64,000 bases of DNA from Candidatus Versatilivorator sp. (GTDB lineage Bacteria > Acidobacteriota > Terriglobia > Versatilivoradales > Versatilivoraceae). Position numbers and translations under genes: made by a program. The notes under the pieces are model-generated. The model ran no database searches and had not been told where the DNA came from. It was given only the letters and a program-made list of their open reading frames with translations. Within the stretch, counting starts at the first letter, position 1. Each line of letters starts with the position of its first letter. The DNA is taken from assembly GCA_965207735.1 (NCBI GenBank), contig OZ242296.1:1440001-1504000 (forward strand), written 5' to 3'. Shown one piece after another: positions 45,349-55,518 of this stretch.

Positions 45349-46350
45349 TTAGCGCTCAGAAGCCTCCAACACCGAGCGGAAGGCCCGGATATGGGCAGGG
45401 GTGGTGCCGCAGCAACCTCCGATAAAGTAGGCTCCCTCCTTCAGAAGGCCGAGGAAATGGCCGGCCATTTCCTCGGGGGTCTGGGTGTAGTAACTCCTGA
45501 GTTGGTCGTCCAGTTGCGGCATCCCCGCGTTGGGGTAGGCCATCATCCGTTTAGCTTCCACCCCTCTGGAAGCCATGGCCTCCCGCAACTCCCTCACTCC
45601 CTGAATGGCATAGGGCATGCCGGTATGCTCCTCCCGCCGGGGTTCGGCGCCGCAGTTGAGGCCGAGCAGATCCACGTGCTCCAGCAAATTGTCCCCCCCC
45701 GAATACTCACCCGACGAAAAAACTTCCAGCAGATCCAGAGCCGAGTGTCCCCAGTCCGTCCTGTAGGTCACCTTGCCGCTGTTGCGGTCCAGGGTGTACT
45801 TGTAGGTGAGGTTGACGGCCACTGGAAGCCCGAACTGGCGTACCACGTCGACAGCGACGGCCGCCTCCCTGGCTGAAAACATGGTCTCGATGCAGAAGAA
45901 ATCGACGCCGCCTTCGGCCAGAGCCCCTGCCAGTCTCTGGTGGGCTTCTCTCGCCAAGTGGTTGGCGATTCCAAAGCTGGTGTCGCCGCTGTCGGCTTCG
46001 ATGGCTCCCGGGGAAGGTCCCAAGGATCCCGCGATATAGGTCTCCTTTTCACTTCTCTCGACCGCGGCCCTGGCATGCTCCACCGCGGCCCTGGCCAGCC
46101 GGTCGCACCCGGCGGGATCTTTTCCGGCCATCTTGAGGTGCAGGGTAGATCCCACAAAGGTGTTGGTGCCGATGGCATCGGCTCCGGCTTCAATGTAGGC
46201 GCAGTGGATGCCGACGACATCTTCAGGATGCAACTCGTTGGCTACGCTGCTGTTGGGCAGCTCAATCCCTCTGGCGAACAGTTGCGAGCCGAATCCCCCG
46301 TCATATAGGAGAGGCTTCGGCTGCCTGAGTCTTTCCGATAGAGGAATCAT
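45349..46350 (-). CDS. Homocysteine S-methyltransferase family protein (stand-alone Hcy-binding domain)
   Basis: DGGFGSQL, YIEAGAD, IAGSLGP, GLNC, YPNAG, IGGCCGTTPAHI. Confidence 0.88.
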   Translation of the reverse strand: MIPLSERLRQPKPLLYDGGFGSQLFARGIELPNSSVANELHPEDVVGIHCAYIEAGADAIGTNTFVGSTLHLKMAGKDPAGCDRLARAAVEHARAAVERSEKETYIAGSLGPSPGAIEADSGDTSFGIANHLAREAHQRLAGALAEGGVDFFCIETMFSAREAAVAVDVVRQFGLPVAVNLTYKYTLDRNSGKVTYRTDWGHSALDLLEVFSSGEYSGGDNLLEHVDLLGLNCGAEPRREEHTGMPYAIQGVRELREAMASRGVEAKRMMAYPNAGMPQLDDQLRSYYTQTPEEMAGHFLGLLKEGAYFIGGCCGTTPAHIRAFRSVLEASER

Positions 46351-46425
46351 GGAGCTCCTTTAATTGTGAAACCTTAACCCGGCCGGCGTCAGCGATCTTC
46401 CGAAACCCGGCCCTTCCTCAGAGAT

Positions 46426-46496
46426 GCCTTTTGCAAAATTCCGCAGGTAGGTGCACATTCCCGGCAAACGTCCCCCTGCCGAATTTTGCAAAAGGC
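46426..46496. mobile_element. 71-bp MITE with 16-bp terminal IRs and 8-bp target duplication
   Basis: gccttttgcaaaattc (46426-46441) and gaattttgcaaaaggc (46481-46496); tcagagat at 46418-46425 and 46497-46504. Confidence 0.8.
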
Positions 46497-48206
46497 TCAG
46501 AGATCCATCAAGTCCCGGACATGCTTGGGAGCCGGCGACCCAAAGGACAGCAGTCGGTCGTGAAAGGCTTTGAAGTCCTTCAAGGGACCGTGCCTGGCTT
46601 CGTAAGCCTCTCGAATGGCATTGATTTCACGGTTGCCCACATAGTAGGTCGAGAGCTGGGCCGAGGTCAGGCACGCCCTGCGCCACTTGCCGGCTGCCTC
46701 TCCCTCTTCCTGGAAGCCCTCGTTCATCATCAGATCCATGGCCTCTTCCCGTCCCATGCTGCCGGCATGGACCTGTTGATCGATGATGGCATTGATGATC
46801 AGCCGGAGGCGCATCTTCAACTGTTGCATCTTGACGGCCGGACCGCCAAATCCCTTTTCCGCCATGAGCTGCTCGGCATAGGTCGCCCACCCCTCCACAA
46901 AAGTTCCACTGGTAAAGATCGCCCGAATCCGGGTCGGCGCCCGGAACCGGTTCGAATGGGCGATTTGGAGGTAGTGGCCCGGAGTGGCCTCGTGGATGGT
47001 CAACTCCTGCAGCATGTAGTCATTGTACTCCCTGAAAAACGACCTCACTCGATCGGCCGGCCAGTCTTCAGGGGTCGGAGAGATGGCGTAGAAAGTCTCA
47101 CCCCGAGTCTCCAAAGGCCCTGGAGAATCACAGTAGGCCACGGCTACGCCCCGCTGGAACTCCGGCATCACGATGATCCGGATCGGCTCTTGGGGAACCG
47201 TCGCCAACTCCTGCTCCCGGGTGAATCGGGTCACCTGGTCCAGCGACTGCCGGGCCTTGTCCACAATGGTTTCATTGTCCGGATGGGAATCGGCCAGCCT
47301 GCCCAGCACCTCTCCGACCACGGATTTCGGGTCCAGCGGCGGATCGCTGTCGGAGAAGAACCGTGGGTAGAGTCGGCCGGCGGTGGCGAAGAGGTCTTCG
47401 CGGGTACGTTTCAGATCCTGCAGGGCGGCTTCGCGGATTTCTTCCAGGGACAGTTCCGATTCCAGCGTGTGCCTGAGCTTGGCTCTGAACAGCCGTTCCC
47501 CCAGCCGGAAGTCTCCCTGCGCCCTGGGGAGCAGCTCCTCTTCCAGCCATCGGCCGTACTCCTCCAGGGCTTCGACGGCTTTTCGTTGAGCCTGGAAGAA
47601 CGACTCCTCCAGCTCGGGCTTCCGGTCCAGATAGGGTTGCAACCCCTCGGCAATGAGGCGCAGGGTTCCCCGATTCTGCTGAATCGCGGTCTCGGTATGG
47701 ATCCTGGGCGGATTGCGCAGATTGGCCTTGGCCGCCATGACCACAGCCGAAACCGACTCAAGTCTTTTTCGCAAGCTGGCCATTCGCTCCGGCAAGGGTG
47801 CGAACTCACGGGCCACCAGGGAATAGACGGCACTGCCCACGTTGTAGACCATGGGATTCCACTGGTATTCCTTCAGATCCTCCAGTCGAAAAATCATCGA
47901 CTCGATATTGGCCCTCAGAATCCGGTAGTCCACCCGATTGACTTCGCTGAGCCGAGCCGGATCCATGGTCTCAAGCTTCCGGAGAGATTGGCGCTGAAAA
48001 GCGAGGTCGCGATTCGCTCCCTCCAGGGAATAATCGTTGAGGCGGTGGTCGTAGCGGTGATCTCCCAGCAGGGTGGCCCATTCGGGCCTCATGGCCAACA
48101 GTTCCTCCACGTAGGTCTCGGCGAAGGATTCGAACCCGGCATTCTGACCGGGCCTCCACCAACACCCTGCCCCCAGCAGCAAGACCCAGGCCATCCATCT
48201 CTTCAT
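46497..48206 (-). CDS. DUF885 family lipoprotein
   Basis: Lipobox LGAGC; PEWAT.LG.H.YD, HEATPGHYLQ, FVEGWATYAE, QLSTYYVG, FHD.LL..GS. Confidence 0.88.
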   Translation of the reverse strand: MKRWMAWVLLLGAGCWWRPGQNAGFESFAETYVEELLAMRPEWATLLGDHRYDHRLNDYSLEGANRDLAFQRQSLRKLETMDPARLSEVNRVDYRILRANIESMIFRLEDLKEYQWNPMVYNVGSAVYSLVAREFAPLPERMASLRKRLESVSAVVMAAKANLRNPPRIHTETAIQQNRGTLRLIAEGLQPYLDRKPELEESFFQAQRKAVEALEEYGRWLEEELLPRAQGDFRLGERLFRAKLRHTLESELSLEEIREAALQDLKRTREDLFATAGRLYPRFFSDSDPPLDPKSVVGEVLGRLADSHPDNETIVDKARQSLDQVTRFTREQELATVPQEPIRIIVMPEFQRGVAVAYCDSPGPLETRGETFYAISPTPEDWPADRVRSFFREYNDYMLQELTIHEATPGHYLQIAHSNRFRAPTRIRAIFTSGTFVEGWATYAEQLMAEKGFGGPAVKMQQLKMRLRLIINAIIDQQVHAGSMGREEAMDLMMNEGFQEEGEAAGKWRRACLTSAQLSTYYVGNREINAIREAYEARHGPLKDFKAFHDRLLSFGSPAPKHVRDLMDL

Positions 48207-48511
48207 GAGTCCCTCACGGAAGTCAGCCCCAAACCGGGATCCGGCCCCACCTGCCCCCACCGGAGCCAATCATTCCCAAAACTGCCAGGGGATGGTAGCA
48301 TAGCCGGGGTTTGCGTGCCTAACCCCCAGTCCTTGACTCATTTACGGGGAGGGCTGCCGGGGAAATCCCGCGGTTCGGCTCCGGTCGATCACCCGGGAGA
48401 CGACAGGAGGCGCTTGGTTTGGCGACCGGTACCGCACGCTCTCATCCCGGTCGGCTCCGCGGGCAGCGGAGATTCCCGGTGCTGCCGGACTGTCGAGACT
48501 AAGGAGGATTC

Positions 48512-50248
48512 ATGGCCAGCAAAGGCGTAAAGATCTTTGGTGTCATTCTGGTGGTTTCGCTGATCCTGTTCGGGATCATGGTCTTTGCACTCATTCGTTT
48601 CACTCGTCCGGCCCCGGTCAAGGTCCAGAGAGACTCCGTATTGGAGCTCACTTTCGGCGGTGAACTGCCGGACCTGCCACCAACCTCTCCCCTGGCGCAA
48701 TTCACGGGCCAGGGCAATATCTCCTTGCTGGAGATGGGACAGGTTTTGCGGGCCGCCGCTGAGGATGAGCGCATTTCCTCGCTCTATTGCAGGATTTACC
48801 CCCTCCAATCGAGTTGGGCCAGCGTGGAAGAGATCCGATCCTTCATGCACGAATTCCGGGAATCCGGCAAGAAAATCTACGCCTACCTGTCGTTGGATCT
48901 GGTCAGCGACAGGGACCTTTACCTCGCCTCGGCTGCCGACGAGATCCACCTGAATCAGGATTCGGCCCTGATGGTCAATGGCCTGGTGGCCGAGGTCAGT
49001 TTCTACAGCAAGATGATGAGCAAGCTGAAGGTCCGACCCGACGTGCTCCAGTTCAAGGAATACAAGAGCCCCGGAAGCTACACCCGATCCGGAATGACTC
49101 CGGAATTCCGCTCCATGTACCGGAGCCTGTTGTCCGACATTCAGCAACGCCTCAAGCAAGCCCTGAGCCGGGAGCGCGGGATCGAGCCGCAACAGTTGGA
49201 ACGTCTGATGCAAAAGGGCATCCTGAGTTCCTCCTCGGCCCTGGCCGCGGGACTGGTCACCCACCTCGGATACGAGGATGAAATTCGACACCGGTTGAAA
49301 GCCGAGTCCTCCGGAGAAGAACCGGAGTACCGTTCCGTTTCGGTATCGGACTACCTGAAAGCCGTCAAGGCTCGGAGCCGGCCCTCCCCCCCGCACAAGG
49401 TGGCGCTGCTGGGCGGCATCGGTCCGATCATGACGGGACGAAACGACGAGACCTGGGAACGTTCCATGGGAGGAGACACCATCGTGTCGAGGCTGAGGAA
49501 GATCCGGAAGGACAAGAGTGTGAAGGGACTGCTCTTTCGGGTCAACAGCCCCGGCGGTTCCGCCGTGGGTTCCGACAAGATCTGGCGCGAGATCCGGCTC
49601 ATGGAAGAGGCCGGGAAGCCGGTCGTAGTCAGCATGGGGGGAGTGGCCGGTTCGGGGGGATACTACATCGCGATGGGCGCCCGCAAGATCGTGGCCCAGC
49701 CTTCAACCGTCACGGGCTCTATCGGGGTGATTTTCATGAAATTCAACCTCAGCGGCCTTTTCGATCAATGGCTGGGAATTACCGTAGACCGGGTAAAGCT
49801 GGCTGAAAATGCCGATATCCTTTCTCCCACGACCTCTCTCAACTCCATGCAGAGAGACGAAGTCGAGGAGTGGATGAGCCACATCTACAACACTTTTGTC
49901 GAAAAGGCGGCCGAAGGACGCCACCTGACCGTCGAGGAGCTGGAACGGCAGGCCGGCGGCCGAATCTTCACCGGAAGCCAGGCCAGGCAGCGTCAACTGA
50001 TCGATGCGGTGGGTGGATTGAGTACGGCGCTGGATCTACTCAAGCAGGAATTGAACATTCCTGAGGAGGAAGAAGTGGAAATGGTGCTCTATCCCAAATC
50101 CAAGAGCCTGTGGCAGAGCCTGCTCGAGGGGGATTGGGCTCAAGTGTCCAGTCCCGGGAAAACCCTGGAATCGTTGCTCAGGCAGCGGCTGTCGGAGGCC
50201 ACCCATCCGGCGCCCTGGCTAATCGTTCCCGAGCTGACGATTCACTGA
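48512..50248 (+). CDS. sppA: Signal peptide peptidase SppA (long form, S49)
   Basis: YLASAAD, EYKS, RVNSPGGS, VVSMG.VA.SGGYYI, TGSIGV. Confidence 0.93.
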   Translation: MASKGVKIFGVILVVSLILFGIMVFALIRFTRPAPVKVQRDSVLELTFGGELPDLPPTSPLAQFTGQGNISLLEMGQVLRAAAEDERISSLYCRIYPLQSSWASVEEIRSFMHEFRESGKKIYAYLSLDLVSDRDLYLASAADEIHLNQDSALMVNGLVAEVSFYSKMMSKLKVRPDVLQFKEYKSPGSYTRSGMTPEFRSMYRSLLSDIQQRLKQALSRERGIEPQQLERLMQKGILSSSSALAAGLVTHLGYEDEIRHRLKAESSGEEPEYRSVSVSDYLKAVKARSRPSPPHKVALLGGIGPIMTGRNDETWERSMGGDTIVSRLRKIRKDKSVKGLLFRVNSPGGSAVGSDKIWREIRLMEEAGKPVVVSMGGVAGSGGYYIAMGARKIVAQPSTVTGSIGVIFMKFNLSGLFDQWLGITVDRVKLAENADILSPTTSLNSMQRDEVEEWMSHIYNTFVEKAAEGRHLTVEELERQAGGRIFTGSQARQRQLIDAVGGLSTALDLLKQELNIPEEEEVEMVLYPKSKSLWQSLLEGDWAQVSSPGKTLESLLRQRLSEATHPAPWLIVPELTIH

Positions 50249-50286
50249 CCGCCGCGGGGAAACTGAGTTGTTTCAAGACAAGGGCA

Positions 50287-51630
50287 TCAGGTTTCGTTCG
50301 GTTCACCTTCCAGGACTTGAACCAATACCTGGCTGACCCGCAGCTTCTCCACCCGGTGAACCACCATCTTGAGGTTGTTGTGGATGGACTCGGCCCCTTC
50401 GGAGGGAATATTCCGCCAGTGGTTCACCAGGTAGCCGCCCAGGGTGGTCACGTCGTAGTCGCCGTTGAACTGGGTTCCAAAGGCTTCCTCCAGGTCATGC
50501 AGCGGCGTGGAGCCATCCACCAGAAATTTGCCGTCTCCGAGCTTGACGATTAAAGGGGCCTCCTGGTCGAACTCGTCCTGAATCTCACCGACCAGTTCCT
50601 CCAGAACATCTTCCAGAGTGACCAGACCCAGCGTCCCCCCGAATTCGTCGACGACCACCCCCATGTGACACTTCCTTTGCATGAAGGTCTTCAACATCGT
50701 TTCCAGCGAGGCGAACTCCGGGAAAAACAGGATCTCCCGGCAGATCGATTGCAGGTCGACCAGCTCGTTCCCAGACTGAATCTCCCAAAGCAGGTGCTTG
50801 ATGTGGACCATTCCGACCACGTCGTCGAGCGTCTTGCGGCAGAGCGGAAACCGGGTGTGGCGGTAGGCCTTGACGATTTCGAGGTTCTGTTCCGGAGACA
50901 TCTCCAGGTAGAGGGCGTCGATCTTGTTGCGGGGAAGCATGATGTTGCGGGCCTGCAGCCTCTTCAGACTGAAGGTCCTGCGGAGAATGCGCCGGCTCAA
51001 CGAATCGTGGGAGACTCCTGGACCGGATTCGGAAAGAAGCGTGCGCAGTTCTTCCTCGGAATGCCCCACCTCATGCTCGCTGGCCGGTCGAAGTCCCACC
51101 GCCCTGAGAATGCGGTTGGCCACCCCGTTCAGCAACCAGATGGCCGGATAGAAGGCCTTGTAGAAAAAGGTCAAGGGGATGGCAACCCAGAGCGTGGTGC
51201 CTTGAGCCCGCTGGATGGCCAGCGACTTCGGCACCAGCTCACCCACGACGATGACAAGAAACGTGATGAAGACGAACCCGACGACAACCGAAAGAGAAGT
51301 GACCAGATCCGCAGAGTGCACCCCCAATCCCGAGAGCACCGGCCGGAGCATCTCGCTCACAAAGGGCTCTCCCAGCCAGCCGAGGCCCAGGTTGACCAGC
51401 GTGATGCCCAGTTGGGTGGCCGACAGGTAGGAATCCAGGTGGCGGATGACGTTCTCGGCGACCTTGGCGCGCCGCTGCCTCCTCCTGGCCAGGGTCTCGA
51501 TCTGAGTGGAACGGACCTTGACGATGGCGAATTCGGCTGCAACGAAGAAGCCGTTCAGAAAGACCAGAAAAAAGATGGCCAGCAGCCTGAGTGAAACGCC
51601 GAGGAAGGTTAAATGTGGAGGGTCGTCCAT
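50287..51630 (-). CDS. HlyC/CorC family membrane protein (DUF21-CBS-CorC)
   Basis: NGFFVAAEFAIV, TQLGIT, GELVPK, HTRFP, VDEFGGT.GLVTLEDVLEELVGEI. Confidence 0.93.
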   Translation of the reverse strand: MDDPPHLTFLGVSLRLLAIFFLVFLNGFFVAAEFAIVKVRSTQIETLARRRQRRAKVAENVIRHLDSYLSATQLGITLVNLGLGWLGEPFVSEMLRPVLSGLGVHSADLVTSLSVVVGFVFITFLVIVVGELVPKSLAIQRAQGTTLWVAIPLTFFYKAFYPAIWLLNGVANRILRAVGLRPASEHEVGHSEEELRTLLSESGPGVSHDSLSRRILRRTFSLKRLQARNIMLPRNKIDALYLEMSPEQNLEIVKAYRHTRFPLCRKTLDDVVGMVHIKHLLWEIQSGNELVDLQSICREILFFPEFASLETMLKTFMQRKCHMGVVVDEFGGTLGLVTLEDVLEELVGEIQDEFDQEAPLIVKLGDGKFLVDGSTPLHDLEEAFGTQFNGDYDVTTLGGYLVNHWRNIPSEGAESIHNNLKMVVHRVEKLRVSQVLVQVLEGEPNET

Positions 51631-51671
51631 CGATTCCGAAAGCCGGTTCCAGCAAGAACTCTATTCTACCA

Positions 51672-53006
51672 CTAAATGGGTTCCCTGGCCTGCATCACGG
51701 CTGCAAAGACACCGTCCGATTGGGTCACAAGCGGCGGCAGCCAAAGGAAACCTTCCTGGCAAAAGGGCTTCAACCCCTCATCGCAGGCGATCTTCAACCG
51801 GAACCCCGGGTGGTTCGACAGGAAGCGCTCCACCACCTGTTGGTTTTCCTCCGGTTCCAGAGAGCAGGTGGCGTACACCAGGGTTCCACCCGGTTTCACC
51901 AGGTCGGCGGCGTTGTCCAGCAGACTGAGCTGCAGTCCGGCCAGCCTGGTAAGATCTTCCGCTCGCAGGCGCCAGCGGATCTCGGGATTGCGTCGCAAGG
52001 TCCCAGTTCCGGAGCAGACCGCGTCCACCAGAATCTTGTCGAACCTCACTGACAGCGGCAACGGCCGGCTCCCGTCGGCCGCCACCCAGCGCAAGCCGGG
52101 CCATTGCTTCCCGTGACGCTCCCTTGCAATCCGGAGGCGAGCGAAATTGGAGTCCAGGCCGATAACGCTCGCCCGCCCTTTACCCAGTTGAACCATGTGG
52201 GAGGCCTTGCCTCCGGTGCCGCTGCACACATCCAGGCACGCATCCGAGGGCTTCAGCTCCAGCAAGCGGGCAATCACCTGGGACCCGGCGCCCTGAATAG
52301 CCAGTCGTCCGCTCCGGTATAGCGATGACTTGGTCAGGTCTCCCTCTTCGACTACCCAGACACCCCTGCTCAGGTGATAGGGGTAGACACTATAGCCCTC
52401 CGCTTCCAGGATGGTCACCATCTCTTCCGGCCCCAATCGGGGCGAGTTGGAACGGAAATGCACCTTGGGAGGACGGTTGTTTTCGTGCAGAACGATGGAG
52501 GCGTGCTTCCAACCCCAGCGGTCGATCCAGCGTTTCACCAACCATTCCGGGTGGGAACAACTGAGGCTGAGCCCCCGGGGGGAATCTAGCGGCAACTGAC
52601 CGCATGCCTGCTCGAAACCGTCCTCGTCGGCTTTGCGCAGCACCGCGTTTACCAGGCCGGCCGCGGAACGCTTCCTGGACTCCTTCACCAGTTCCACGGA
52701 CTGGTGTACGGCCGCGCGCACGGGAACTCGAGAAAGAAACAGGATCTGGTAGGCCCCCAACCGTAGCGCCATCCGGACTTCCCTGTCCAGCCGTTCAAGG
52801 GGCCGCTCCACCAGCGAAGCCAGGTACCAGTCCAGGCAACTCTTCTGCCGCAGGACTCCGTATACCAGTTCGGTGGCCAACCGGCGGTCAGCCAGGTTGA
52901 ACCGACTGACTGGATCGCCATGGAGCATGTCCACGGCAAACCCGCCCCCCTGCTCGATTTTCGTCAGGATGTGGAAGGCGGCCAGTCGCGCCGGTGAAAG
53001 AGGCAT
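51672..53006 (-). CDS. rsmB: 16S rRNA m5C967 methyltransferase RsmB/Sun
   Basis: NusB-like N-terminus (ELVYGVLR, GLVNAVLR), SHPEWLV, DAVCSGTG.LRRNPE, LVYATCS...EEN. Confidence 0.9.
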   Translation of the reverse strand: MPLSPARLAAFHILTKIEQGGGFAVDMLHGDPVSRFNLADRRLATELVYGVLRQKSCLDWYLASLVERPLERLDREVRMALRLGAYQILFLSRVPVRAAVHQSVELVKESRKRSAAGLVNAVLRKADEDGFEQACGQLPLDSPRGLSLSCSHPEWLVKRWIDRWGWKHASIVLHENNRPPKVHFRSNSPRLGPEEMVTILEAEGYSVYPYHLSRGVWVVEEGDLTKSSLYRSGRLAIQGAGSQVIARLLELKPSDACLDVCSGTGGKASHMVQLGKGRASVIGLDSNFARLRIARERHGKQWPGLRWVAADGSRPLPLSVRFDKILVDAVCSGTGTLRRNPEIRWRLRAEDLTRLAGLQLSLLDNAADLVKPGGTLVYATCSLEPEENQQVVERFLSNHPGFRLKIACDEGLKPFCQEGFLWLPPLVTQSDGVFAAVMQAREPI

Positions 53007-53008
53007 GC

Positions 53009-53947
53009 CTAGTGTCCCAATGGGATGGAGTGCCCGGGTTGCAACCGGAGGCCGTTCAGGAAATCCGAGGCCGCTACCGGCTTGTGGTTTTCCGGCTGAA
53101 CTCGCAACAGCTCCAGCCAGCCCTCTCCGCAGGCAACCAGGGCGCGCCTGGAGTCCCATCGCCACAGCGAACCCGCCGCCTGTCGCTGCACAGGGGGGGT
53201 GACCGGCCGTGCTTTCAAGATCCGCAGTGAGGAGCCGCTTCGATAGGTGAAGGTTCCCGGCCAGGGATCGAAACCGCGCACCCGATTGAAGATCTGCCGA
53301 GAGGACTGGCTCCAGTCGATTTCCCCGTCGGACTTCCTCAACATCGGAGCATAGGAGGCCAGTTGCGGATCCTGCGGCCTGGGCCGGAGCTGACCCGCCT
53401 CCAGTCGATCCAGCGTTTCCACCAGCAGGTCCGCCCCCATGGCCGCCAGCCGATCCTGCAGCGCCGCGGCCGTCTCCTCCGGTCCTATCTCCACCGCTTT
53501 CTGCAGAAGCAGGTCCCCGGTATCCATGCCCCGGTCGATTCTCATGGTGGTGACGCCGGTGTGGGTTTCGCCACGGACAATCGCCCAGGAAACGGGTGCG
53601 GCGCCGCGGTAGCACGGCAGCAGCGAGGCATGCACATTGATGGCGCCATGGGGGGGTAGACTGAAAAGCCAGGGAGGCAGGATCTTGCCGTAAGCCACCA
53701 CCACCAGGACGTCGGCGGTGGTCTCCACCAGGACCTTCCACTCCTCGGGGGCCAGCCTTTCCGGTTGGTGGACCGGGAGCCCGCTTTGAAGAGCCAGTTG
53801 TTTGACGGGACCGATGGCCAGTTGACGGCCCCGGCCGGAGGGTCGGTCGGGTTGGGTGAAGACGCCTCCGACCTGGTGCCGGCCCGAGAGGAGCTTCCGG
53901 AGGGTCGGAACTGCAAAGCCCGGGGTCCCCATGAAGAGCAGGCGCAT
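53009..53947 (-). CDS. fmt: Methionyl-tRNA formyltransferase
   Basis: FMGTP.FA, TQPDRP.GRG, INVHASLLP.YRGAAP, MDTGD. Confidence 0.96.
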   Translation of the reverse strand: MRLLFMGTPGFAVPTLRKLLSGRHQVGGVFTQPDRPSGRGRQLAIGPVKQLALQSGLPVHQPERLAPEEWKVLVETTADVLVVVAYGKILPPWLFSLPPHGAINVHASLLPCYRGAAPVSWAIVRGETHTGVTTMRIDRGMDTGDLLLQKAVEIGPEETAAALQDRLAAMGADLLVETLDRLEAGQLRPRPQDPQLASYAPMLRKSDGEIDWSQSSRQIFNRVRGFDPWPGTFTYRSGSSLRILKARPVTPPVQRQAAGSLWRWDSRRALVACGEGWLELLRVQPENHKPVAASDFLNGLRLQPGHSIPLGH

Positions 53948-54456
53948 CACCACTCCCCGGCCCGAACCTTCTTGCGTATCTTTCTCTTGATGATGTCGCG
54001 CTTGATCACGCTCAGGTGATCGATAAAGAGCACTCCGTTCAAATGGTCGATTTCGTGGGACAGGATCCGAGCCAGCAAGCCCTCCCCCTCCACCATCGTC
54101 TGCCTGCCATCGATCCGCTTGCCCGATACGACCACCTTCTCGGGTCGGTGGACACGAGCGGTGAACTCGGGAATGCTCAAGCAGCCCTCCTCTTCGTACT
54201 GGTCCCCTTCAGACTTCACGATCTCGGGATTGGCCAGCACAATCAAGCAGCCCGCCTTCTCTCCGCCCGTGGGATCGATCACCATGAGGCGGGTCAGCAC
54301 CCCGACCTGGGGAGCAGCCAGCCCAACCCCCGGGGCCGCATACATGGTTTCCACCATGTCCTTGCAGAATCGCTCCAGGGTCTCGTCAAAGGCAGTGACC
54401 GGTTCGGCAACCCGGTGCAGGACCGAGTCTCCGTACTTGACAATGGGAAGATTCAT
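53947..54456 (-). CDS. def: Peptide deformylase
   Basis: GVGLAAPQVG, EGCLS, HEIDHLNG. Confidence 0.97.
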   Translation of the reverse strand: MNLPIVKYGDSVLHRVAEPVTAFDETLERFCKDMVETMYAAPGVGLAAPQVGVLTRLMVIDPTGGEKAGCLIVLANPEIVKSEGDQYEEEGCLSIPEFTARVHRPEKVVVSGKRIDGRQTMVEGEGLLARILSHEIDHLNGVLFIDHLSVIKRDIIKRKIRKKVRAGEW

Positions 54457-54768
54457 GGGGAAGGCGCACGCAGCAGTTGGTTACCGGCCTCGATTTTATC
54501 TGTGGGCGTCGGGCATCGTCAACCGCCGCCGCCGAAGGCAAGGTCCCGGCGGGGTGCAGGTCAAAAAAGGGAGGCAAAAGAATGACGACTTCCTGGGAAC
54601 GCGGGCGTCTCACCCGCGCCAGGCCCGGCACAGCGTCGTCTAATATATTGATAATAAATAATATATGGGATGAGCTCTCGTCGTTTCGGTTTGGATGGAA
54701 TCTTGACTTGGCCTTTCCGAATCGATTACGATTTCTTGATGAACGGCCTCTCCGGCAGATCAACCACG

Positions 54769-55518
54769 ATGCTGCAGAGCTGGGTGCTCGAAGTTCAGGA
54801 CTTCACCCTGCTGGGGGCGCGGTCGATCACCAGCTTCTTCCGACGGCCGCTCTATTTGAGGGAAACGTTTCAGCAGATGGACATCGTGGGGGTGGGCTCA
54901 CTCTCCATCTCTTGTCTCACCGCCTTCTTCACGGGGGCGGTGCTGGCTCTGCAGACTTCCAACACGCTTTCCTCCTTCGGGGCGGTCGGCTACACCGGTC
55001 AACTGGTGGCGGTCTCGCTGGTGAGGGAGCTGGGGCCGGTGCTGACGGCGGTGGTGGTTGCCGGGCGCGTCGGTTCCGGCATCGCCTCGGAGCTGGGGTC
55101 GATGCTGATCGGCGAGCAGATCAACGCTATGCGGTCTCTCGGCACCGACCCGATCAAGAAGCTGGTGACCCCGCGGGTGGTGGCCTGCACTACCATGGTT
55201 CCGGTTCTGACCGTGATCGCCGACCTGGTCGGTATTATGGGTGGATTTTTCGTGGCCACCATCTTTCTGGGAATCAGTCCCTCCCTCTTCCTGACCTCCG
55301 CCTACGACCGTTTGGACTATTCCGACTTGGTACAGGGGCTGGCCAAACCTCCCATTTTCGGTTTTCTCATCGCCATTGTGGGTTGCCACCGGGGACTGGG
55401 AACCTGGGGAGGCACGGAGGGGGTGGGGAGATCGACCACCCAAGCCGTAGTCACCTCCATGATTCTTATCTTCATCTCCAATTTTTTCATCACCCGCATC
55501 CTCCTGACCATCCTGTGA
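54769..55518 (+). CDS. mlaE: MlaE family ABC permease
   Basis: VRELGPVLTA, GRVGSGIASELGSM, EQINAM, GVGRSTT.AVV. Confidence 0.92.
   Translation: MLQSWVLEVQDFTLLGARSITSFFRRPLYLRETFQQMDIVGVGSLSISCLTAFFTGAVLALQTSNTLSSFGAVGYTGQLVAVSLVRELGPVLTAVVVAGRVGSGIASELGSMLIGEQINAMRSLGTDPIKKLVTPRVVACTTMVPVLTVIADLVGIMGGFFVATIFLGISPSLFLTSAYDRLDYSDLVQGLAKPPIFGFLIAIVGCHRGLGTWGGTEGVGRSTTQAVVTSMILIFISNFFITRILLTIL

Noticed and set aside
51672-53741. Apparent long fusion or extension ORFs for rsmB (also mlaF 54477 and mlaD 56198)
   Set aside because: Extensions overlap neighbouring genes in another frame; downstream ATGs give normal-length proteins
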